Part shown: positions 46,286-52,246 of the stretch, in pieces
How the letters are laid out: every line of letters starts with the position of its first letter
How positions within the stretch are numbered: the stretch's first letter is position 1
Assembly: GCA_903930225.1 (NCBI GenBank)
Contig: CAIYXV010000017.1
Coordinates: 1-52,246, forward strand
Direction of reading: 5' to 3'
Source of the DNA: an uncultured bacterium
GTDB taxonomy: Bacteria > Margulisbacteria > WOR-1 > XYC2-FULL-46-14 > WPAF01
DNA: 52,246 nt
The notes under the pieces: model-generated
The model's input: the letters and a program-made list of their open reading frames with translations, nothing else
Told to the model about the DNA's origin: nothing
Database searches by the model: none
Translations under genes and position numbers: made by a program

Positions 46286-47179
46286 CTAAAGTACATCTTT
46301 ACCGGTAAGCCGTCTGAACGCTTCCATGTATTTGTCCCTTGTCTTTTTTACCACCTCCTCGGGCAGTTTTGGAGCCGGCGGCTCCTTATCCCATTTGATG
46401 GAAACCAGATAATCTCTCACGAACTGCTTATCAAAACTAAACTGCGCCCCGCCCGGTTTGTACGTGTCTTTTGGCCAGAAACGCGAAGAATCGGGCGTTA
46501 ATATCTCATCTATTAGGATGATATGGTTATCATAGAACCCAAATTCAAATTTGGTATCAGCGATAATAATGCCTTTTTTGTCGGCGTAGTCGGCGGCCGC
46601 CTTATAAATGGCGATCGTCTTTTCTTTGACGAACTTGGCGGTATCGGCCCCGACCAGATCAACAACTTCGCGCTCGGTTATCGGCAGGTCATGGCCTGAT
46701 TCCGCCTTGGTCGTCGGCGTAAAGATAGGCGCAGGAAGTTTGTCTGATTCTTTGAGGCCGGAAGGAAGCTTGACCCCGCAGATCGAACCGGTCTTCTGGT
46801 ATTCCGACCAGCCCGAACCGGAAAGGTATCCCCTGACCACGCATTCAACCGGTATCACTTTGGCCTTTTTGCCGATCATGGACCGTTTTTCCAGCAGGGC
46901 TCCCTGCTTTTTGAGGTTTTCAGGATAGCGGCTGACATCAGCGGTCAATAAATGGTTCTCAATTATGTTTTTGGTAAAATCGAACCAAAAAAGCGAGATC
47001 TGGGTCAAAATTTTGCCTTTGTCGGGAATGCCGTTGGGCATGATGGAGTCAAAAGCGGAGACGCGGTCGGTGGCGACGATCAGCAGGCGGTCGCCCAGGT
47101 CATAGATCTCCCTGACCTTTCCGCTTTTTGGCTTGGGGAATCCGGGAAGCGCGACGGTTAAAACAGCTTCTTCAACCAT
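46286..47179 (-). CDS. purC: phosphoribosylaminoimidazole-succinocarboxamide synthase (long form)
   Basis: [31 protein letters not shown]. Confidence 0.9.
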   Translation of the reverse strand: MVEEAVLTVALPGFPKPKSGKVREIYDLGDRLLIVATDRVSAFDSIMPNGIPDKGKILTQISLFWFDFTKNIIENHLLTADVSRYPENLKKQGALLEKRSMIGKKAKVIPVECVVRGYLSGSGWSEYQKTGSICGVKLPSGLKESDKLPAPIFTPTTKAESGHDLPITEREVVDLVGADTAKFVKEKTIAIYKAAADYADKKGIIIADTKFEFGFYDNHIILIDEILTPDSSRFWPKDTYKPGGAQFSFDKQFVRDYLVSIKWDKEPPAPKLPEEVVKKTRDKYMEAFRRLTGKDVL

Positions 47180-47919
47180 TCCGTGCGCATTATACCATGC
47201 TTAATGAGGGTAAGCCAAAGGAATTTAGGCAGGGCCGCCTGCCTTTTTATCCGCCAGGGTTCCATTATCAGGCGGTAAAGCCATTCGATATAGAGGGCCT
47301 GGATCCAGGCCGGCGCGCGCTGTTTTGTCCCGGAGATCACGTCCATACTGCCCCCCACCCCCACGCAGGCCGGTACGTTAAGCTCATTTAAGTTATTAGC
47401 CAGCCACTTTTCCTGCCTTATCATACCCAGCCCAGCAAAAAGAATATCGGGATAAACGCCGCGGATGCCGCTCACAACCGAGGTTTCCTCAACTTTACTG
47501 AAATATCCGTCACGCGCTCCCACGATCTGAAGCTCCGGGTACTGTAATCTCAGCTTTCTGGCCGCTTCATTGGCTACGCCTTTGGCTCCACCCAGCAGGT
47601 ATACCCGGTAGCCCTTGGCCGAGGCCAGCGCCATCGCTTTTTGCATAAAATCGACGCCGGAGACCCTTTCCCGCAATGGCCTCATTAAGATCCTTGATAC
47701 CACGACCATCGAGATGCCGTCCGGCAGTCTTAAGTGGGAATTGTTCAGGATATTGCGCAGTTCCTCATCAACTTGTGCCGAAACGATGATCTCCGGATTG
47801 GGGGTGACGATAAGATGAGGAGACCTTTCCATGATGAATCCGTTCAATCTGGCGATCGCCTCATCCATGGTGACATCGTCGATCTTTATTCCCGCCAGTT
47901 CAATGAACGTCATCTTCAC
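47158..47919 (-). CDS. tagA: WecB/TagA/CpsF-family glycosyltransferase (ManNAc-transferase type)
   Basis: [26 protein letters not shown] and GVGGSMD follow the TagA/WecG pattern. The start overlaps the stop of the SLH-barrel gene by 4 nt. Confidence 0.8.
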   Translation of the reverse strand: MKMTFIELAGIKIDDVTMDEAIARLNGFIMERSPHLIVTPNPEIIVSAQVDEELRNILNNSHLRLPDGISMVVVSRILMRPLRERVSGVDFMQKAMALASAKGYRVYLLGGAKGVANEAARKLRLQYPELQIVGARDGYFSKVEETSVVSGIRGVYPDILFAGLGMIRQEKWLANNLNELNVPACVGVGGSMDVISGTKQRAPAWIQALYIEWLYRLIMEPWRIKRQAALPKFLWLTLIKHGIMRTEWLKKLF

Positions 47920-49889
47920 TTTCCGAACAGCTGGTCTATCCTATTACTAATAAAGCCGACATTGTTCAATATATCGACCACTTCGATCCTGGTTATCATC
48001 CGATTGGGTTCGAAATTTTGTCCTTTTAAATATTCAAGCATCATGGCTTTTTTGGCCGCAGCAATCGCCTTTAGCGCCCAATGCTTCAAGCCAACGTCAG
48101 GAAAAGGTTTCTCATATACAGATGAAGAGACATCAAGACCGGCGTAGCTGGCTATGATTTGCACCGCCTCCGCGCGCGTTACGCCTCTTCCCGGCACAAA
48201 CCCGCCGTTGGGATAGCCTTTGACCAATTTTTGTTCGACCGCCTGGGCGATATAATTCGCGGCCCAGTGGCTGGCCGGAACATCTTTGAAAATCGATCTG
48301 GTAGTGGGAGCTTTTTCCGAGGGTTTAATCTTCATTACCAGCGTGCACATTTCAGCGCGGGTAATATTACCTTCAGGCTTAAAAGTGCCGTCTTTGAAAC
48401 CGGTCACATAGCCAAGCGCCGCCATGGCGCCCACGCTGATGCGCAAAGGATGCTTTTCCGGAACGTCTGGAAAGCTTGGAAGCCGGACAGCGGTCAAATA
48501 CTTTTTCTCGACGATCCTTCCGGTAGGTCCGAACAGGATGATCTCGGTTTTATTTCTTCCCAGATCGGGAAGGTCCGCAACCGAAAGGAAAGTGTTGTCC
48601 GGATAAAGATTCGCGGGCTTGCCGTTCACCTTTAGATCTTTTGCATTTTTTACATCCAGCACTTGTCCCTCGATCATCACGTAGGGGGTAAAAAATATTT
48701 CGTTATCCCGCGGCGATTTGATCGTCAAGTATTCTTTGAGCGGCGCGACCGCGGGGAACGGTTCCTGTTTTACCGGACCGTAAGACAGCGAAAAGAAATG
48801 CGTGTTGTTTGCTGAAAGATCGCCGAAGGTGTGGAAAGCATAATCAAATCTGAATCCGGCGAAATTAAGGCCGATGCCGGCCGACAAATTGTTAACTATT
48901 CCTACGTTTCCCGCCCCGGTTGCAGCCGGGTCCTGGTCCAGCCCCAGCCTCAGCGCGAATCTGTCCCAGCCCAGCCATTCTATTCCAAGATGGCCGAGTC
49001 CGGGCCGGTTGTTCGTAAAAAATAATTCACTGTCATAGCTCAGCGTCAGTTCCTGGGGCGCGAACCTGATCTCGCTCAGTCCGTTCTTTCCCAGTATTTT
49101 CAATGCGGTCCCGACTTTGCAGGAAGCGGGGATCGATTCGGTGATGCCCGATCCCCAGGAAAGCGCCCCCCCCAGGCTGTATGGGAGCGCGTTAAAAACG
49201 GTGGCTCCGAATTTTAACCAGGGCTGGGCTTGATACTGCGCGCCAAAATCCATGTCATGGCCGGAAGCGCCGACATCGCCGGAGGGCGTGCCGGTCAGCG
49301 ATTGGTTGAAAATCTTCAAACTGGCGCCCAGGCTGACATCTTTTAGGAAAGGGAACTTAAAATATTTTATCGGTGATACCGCGTAAGAAAAAAACAGGAC
49401 GGAACTGTCATAGCCGATCGCTCCCCCGATTGGAACGACGCGCTGGGTGGCCGGATCTCTTCCTGATATCAAGCTCCCGCCTACGGATGCCTTGACGTAT
49501 CCTGCGCCGACCGCTTCATTGCTCAAGGGATAGACACCGGTCAATAAATTGTAATCCACCTCTTCGATCAGCTTGGAATACATGCTGGTAAACTGCCAGT
49601 CGCGCATCCCGCTCATGCCGGCGGGATTCTGGATAACGGAATTTGCGTCATCCGCCGCCGCGACATAAGCCCTCCCCATTCCCAGGGGTCTGGCCCCGGT
49701 CGCCAGTTCAGAAGGATCGATCGTGGCCTTGAAGGGAGCGGTGCATTCTGCGGGCAGGACAAAGAGGGCCAGTCCGCTACTGGTGATCCAAAATAGCAGG
49801 CTTAACCGTACCAAAAACTTTTTGACCGACCGTGATCTTTGCAATATAAATACCGTTTCCGAGAACTTCTCTAAAATCAGAAATACCAT
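47916..49889 (-). CDS. PorV/FadL-like outer-membrane barrel fused to an Ig-like linker and three C-terminal SLH domains (paralog C)
   Basis: The barrel opens with LATGARPLGMGRAYVAAADDANSVIQNPAGM and ends FRFDYAFHTF..THFFSLSYG. The SLH-like units are FPDVPEKHPL..., FKDVPASHWAANYI... and FPDVGLKHWALKAI... (about nt 47916-48480). The true start is probably an internal TTG at 49844 or 49814, either of which yields a normal signal peptide. Confidence 0.7.
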   Translation of the reverse strand: MVFLILEKFSETVFILQRSRSVKKFLVRLSLLFWITSSGLALFVLPAECTAPFKATIDPSELATGARPLGMGRAYVAAADDANSVIQNPAGMSGMRDWQFTSMYSKLIEEVDYNLLTGVYPLSNEAVGAGYVKASVGGSLISGRDPATQRVVPIGGAIGYDSSVLFFSYAVSPIKYFKFPFLKDVSLGASLKIFNQSLTGTPSGDVGASGHDMDFGAQYQAQPWLKFGATVFNALPYSLGGALSWGSGITESIPASCKVGTALKILGKNGLSEIRFAPQELTLSYDSELFFTNNRPGLGHLGIEWLGWDRFALRLGLDQDPAATGAGNVGIVNNLSAGIGLNFAGFRFDYAFHTFGDLSANNTHFFSLSYGPVKQEPFPAVAPLKEYLTIKSPRDNEIFFTPYVMIEGQVLDVKNAKDLKVNGKPANLYPDNTFLSVADLPDLGRNKTEIILFGPTGRIVEKKYLTAVRLPSFPDVPEKHPLRISVGAMAALGYVTGFKDGTFKPEGNITRAEMCTLVMKIKPSEKAPTTRSIFKDVPASHWAANYIAQAVEQKLVKGYPNGGFVPGRGVTRAEAVQIIASYAGLDVSSSVYEKPFPDVGLKHWALKAIAAAKKAMMLEYLKGQNFEPNRMITRIEVVDILNNVGFISNRIDQLFGK

Positions 49890-51036
49890 TCCAGATTATT
49901 TCATTATACCCCGCTTTGCCGCCCTCTTCAAACGCTAAATAACTTCTTTTCCAGACGGTGGCGCCTCTGATATCAAAAATATAAATCGTAATATTGCAGT
50001 CGGTAGTCAGCGTATAGGCAATGGACGTCTTTTGTCCGCTTAAAGGTGAAAATGGGTTTGGGAAATTGACCGGCGGGCCGATCATTCGCTGGTCATCTGC
50101 TGAAAAGACATACAAAGGTGCAATAACCTCGTTGACGAGGTTGCCCGACTTGTCCCCGGCGATTATTTTAAAAGTATAAGTGCCCGGATCCAGAGGAGGA
50201 GTCAAATCAAGCTCAAAATCTCCCGTGTCTATATTGTAGTAAGCGCCTTTCCAGTCGGCCGCAGTCCCCTGGTATTTGAGGGAATCGTTTATCCAGATCT
50301 CGATCTTATCGACGTTTCTGGGTATATCATCAATTATGTTCGCACTGACTTTAAGATGAGAGGATACGATGTCGTTCGGGAATCGCTTGCGATCGTTCAA
50401 CATAAGCTTTGAAATGGTGGGAGGGGTTACATCCGGGTTGATCAGCTTTGCCTGGACCAATGATGAATCGGAATCAGGCCCGCCGTAAAACACGCCGTTG
50501 GCGCCATAATATCCGCTGCCGTCGTTTACCTGGTCCAAAACCTTAAGCGTGGTGTATCCGGTCTCGGTCGTAACCGCAAACTGGGGAGCGGTCAGCGCCA
50601 GAAATAATTTGTAGGTTGCGTCTTCCGACAATGGGATACTGGACGGGACCGGGGTATTCTCTGTAGGATCATATATGCCGTTTGCGTTATCATCCTTGAT
50701 CAGAGTTGAGCTCCATTTATCTTTGGTCCCGGAAAGTTCAAAACTGTAAATATCGGAGCCATTTCCGACATTGGTCAGGGTGAAGGGAAAGTAGTAGGTT
50801 TGATTTGGTGAAACGGTTCCCATTACTTCCGGGGTGATAAGCGTCATCCCGTGGTCCTGTGAAACCGTAAATGAGAGAGGGTTTGAATAACCGATATTGG
50901 TATCGCTCCTGACCTCGGCGCTGGGCACGGTTATGCCGGTGCCCGCTACCGTTCCAACCGCAAAAGCCGCCAAAGAAGTGAATAGCAAATAAAATAAAGT
51001 AAGAACAAGCGAAGTGCAGAAGCTATGTTTGGACAT
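49777..51036 (-). CDS. secreted surface protein with CARDB/DUF11-like and Ig-like domains and a YPNPF-type C-terminal domain
   Basis: Has a signal peptide. The FTLTNVGNGSDIYSFELSG motif is present. The C-terminus VNFPNPFSPLSGQKT...GGKAGYNEIIWNG...GNGIYIAKI is alignable with that of 8783-9616. Confidence 0.7.
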   Translation of the reverse strand: MSKHSFCTSLVLTLFYLLFTSLAAFAVGTVAGTGITVPSAEVRSDTNIGYSNPLSFTVSQDHGMTLITPEVMGTVSPNQTYYFPFTLTNVGNGSDIYSFELSGTKDKWSSTLIKDDNANGIYDPTENTPVPSSIPLSEDATYKLFLALTAPQFAVTTETGYTTLKVLDQVNDGSGYYGANGVFYGGPDSDSSLVQAKLINPDVTPPTISKLMLNDRKRFPNDIVSSHLKVSANIIDDIPRNVDKIEIWINDSLKYQGTAADWKGAYYNIDTGDFELDLTPPLDPGTYTFKIIAGDKSGNLVNEVIAPLYVFSADDQRMIGPPVNFPNPFSPLSGQKTSIAYTLTTDCNITIYIFDIRGATVWKRSYLAFEEGGKAGYNEIIWNGISDFREVLGNGIYIAKITVGQKVFGTVKPAILDHQ

Positions 51037-51060
51037 TAAATTACTCTTAATTTACTAAGA

Positions 51061-52215
51061 TCAGCGTACCGTAGCGCCCCAGGTAATGGTCTTGGGGAAG
51101 CCGCCGGTGACCGGCACATTGGCTTTTTCCCATTTCACCCATTTTGCATTCCAGGGAGCATCCGGGGTCGGATAACCATTATAGGTTGAACTAGCCGATG
51201 GGAACCCGGTCGTAACCGCATCTATGGTCCCGACAAATGTCCAGCCGGAAGGAGCCTGATAAGATTTGTCCGGGCTGTCAAGCGTCGAGTAAAAAACCGT
51301 CCAGTTTATGTCAGTTTCCCGCGATGCCGTAATAATGACGTTGGTAGTTGAGCCGGTCGCATTAAAATGGGCGAGATTGGTCTTGTCCGGTACCTTGTCA
51401 ACTATAACGGCGCTGTTCGCGGCGTCGCCGGTAAGCGTATAAGATAAAGTATAAGTGATGATCGAGCCGGGAACAGTGTCGTGGGTGCCGCCGGTATAGC
51501 CGACCGGATTTGAAATTTTGGGAGCATCCACGACCGAGGAGCGGGTCAAAGTTAACAGCGGCTTGACGATCGTATAAGTCGAATTATTCGACCAGTTGGC
51601 GGGTCCTCCATAGGTTAAGCCGTTGGCGCCGGTATACTGACCAACCGGCGTACTGGCAGTAGTGGCAGTAGAAGTGATCACAATATAAGCTGTCGGGCTG
51701 CCATTGGCCGGGGCGGTCACTTGGTGATAGAAACCATAATCAGCGTCTTCTGCCACCGTCTTAACTTCGGAAGTCGTGTTATTTCCCGGGGTCAATGTTC
51801 CGACCAATGAGTTATCGGAAGATCTTCGGATATTAACCGTCCAGGCGCCGGCTCCGGCATTGGCAAAATTACAGCTGAAGCCAATGGTGTAGTTATCGGA
51901 AGCGTTGCCTTCATTCGTGACCGCGGCGGAGTTGGTGATGGTCTGTGCGACATACAGGTTCCTGCTGCCGAAGCCGCCGGCGGAAAAGCCGTATTCCGGA
52001 AGGACCGTCACCGCGATATTTGAGGGAGGAGTGACCTGCGGTTTTGGGTTGCTGTTTATATCCGTGTAATCTAAAGTTTCCTGGGTCGCAAACGCGGTGA
52101 TCACTTCGCCTGATGCGGTATCTCCGGGATTGCCGGTGGATATAAAAGTCACGGCCTTCGCCTCGGGCGCAAGTCCAAACATCAAAATCCCAATTACAAA
52201 ACAAACTCCAAACAA
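51061..52215 (-). CDS. secreted surface protein with CARDB/DUF11-like repeats (5' end may lie beyond the window)
   Basis: The hydrophobic N-terminus ends APEAKA. VTNEGNASDNYTIGFS and GANGLTYGGP are paralogous to motifs in the 49777-51036 product. The listed start is TTG, and the frame stays open to the window edge. Confidence 0.6.
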   Translation of the reverse strand: MFGVCFVIGILMFGLAPEAKAVTFISTGNPGDTASGEVITAFATQETLDYTDINSNPKPQVTPPSNIAVTVLPEYGFSAGGFGSRNLYVAQTITNSAAVTNEGNASDNYTIGFSCNFANAGAGAWTVNIRRSSDNSLVGTLTPGNNTTSEVKTVAEDADYGFYHQVTAPANGSPTAYIVITSTATTASTPVGQYTGANGLTYGGPANWSNNSTYTIVKPLLTLTRSSVVDAPKISNPVGYTGGTHDTVPGSIITYTLSYTLTGDAANSAVIVDKVPDKTNLAHFNATGSTTNVIITASRETDINWTVFYSTLDSPDKSYQAPSGWTFVGTIDAVTTGFPSASSTYNGYPTPDAPWNAKWVKWEKANVPVTGGFPKTITWGATVR

Positions 52216-52246
52216 TATATTTCGGATTCCTGCCTGCCGGCAGGCA

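Noticed and set aside
52231-52246. 16-nt perfect palindrome tgcctgccggcaggca at the window edge, also present at 29659-29674 inside the transketolase C-subunit gene
   Set aside because: At this window size, about one chance 16-mer repeat is expected when both strands are considered. One copy is ordinary coding sequence (MPAGRQ). The other may lie in the unresolved 5' end of the last gene. Neither has a loop that would allow a stable hairpin.

Overview
This is about 52 kb of a compact, gene-dense bacterial chromosome. Many adjacent genes share ATGA-type start/stop overlaps. The cell is evidently diderm: the window carries an LptC/LptA-like protein, MlaEFD, and many beta-barrel candidates. Most content is housekeeping: ispD, trpE, rodA, a ybhGFSR-like HlyD/ABC-2 exporter, gap-pgk, a DEAD-box helicase, tRNA-Ala(CGC), secG, a partial dcw cluster (mraY-murD-ftsW-murG-murC-murB), split transketolase, dCMP deaminase, pheA (interrupted), argS, ilvE, acpS, nnrD, purB, ispG, purC and tagA. 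I saw no rRNA genes, CRISPR arrays, transposases, integrases or phage gene blocks.

Five things stand out.

1. A cell-envelope module recurs. A secreted protein ending in a shared ~90-aa YPNPF-type (FlgD-Ig / T9SS-sorting-like) C-terminal domain overlaps, and is probably translationally coupled to, a PorV/FadL-like outer-membrane barrel. This occurs at 8783-10560 and again at 47916-51036.
2. Two of the three barrel paralogs carry an Ig-like linker plus three C-terminal SLH domains. This reverses the domain order of OmpM-type tethers. One of them overlaps a tagA-family gene.
3. A 1031-aa signal-peptide protein combines 39 collagen Gly-X-Y triplets, 14 L-G-T-F/Y-E-T(His) repeats and a phage-tail-fibre-like Gly-rich C-terminus.
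4. A 28-bp dif-like XerC/D site (40737-40764) lies exactly where gene orientation flips from + to -. This suggests the replication terminus. A slightly AT-richer two-gene GH5 islet sits beside it.
5. An in-frame TAG interrupts pheA, and several promoter-like elements sit so close to start codons that leaderless mRNAs are implied.

All functional calls come from reading the translated ORFs and from motif recall. No database search was run.
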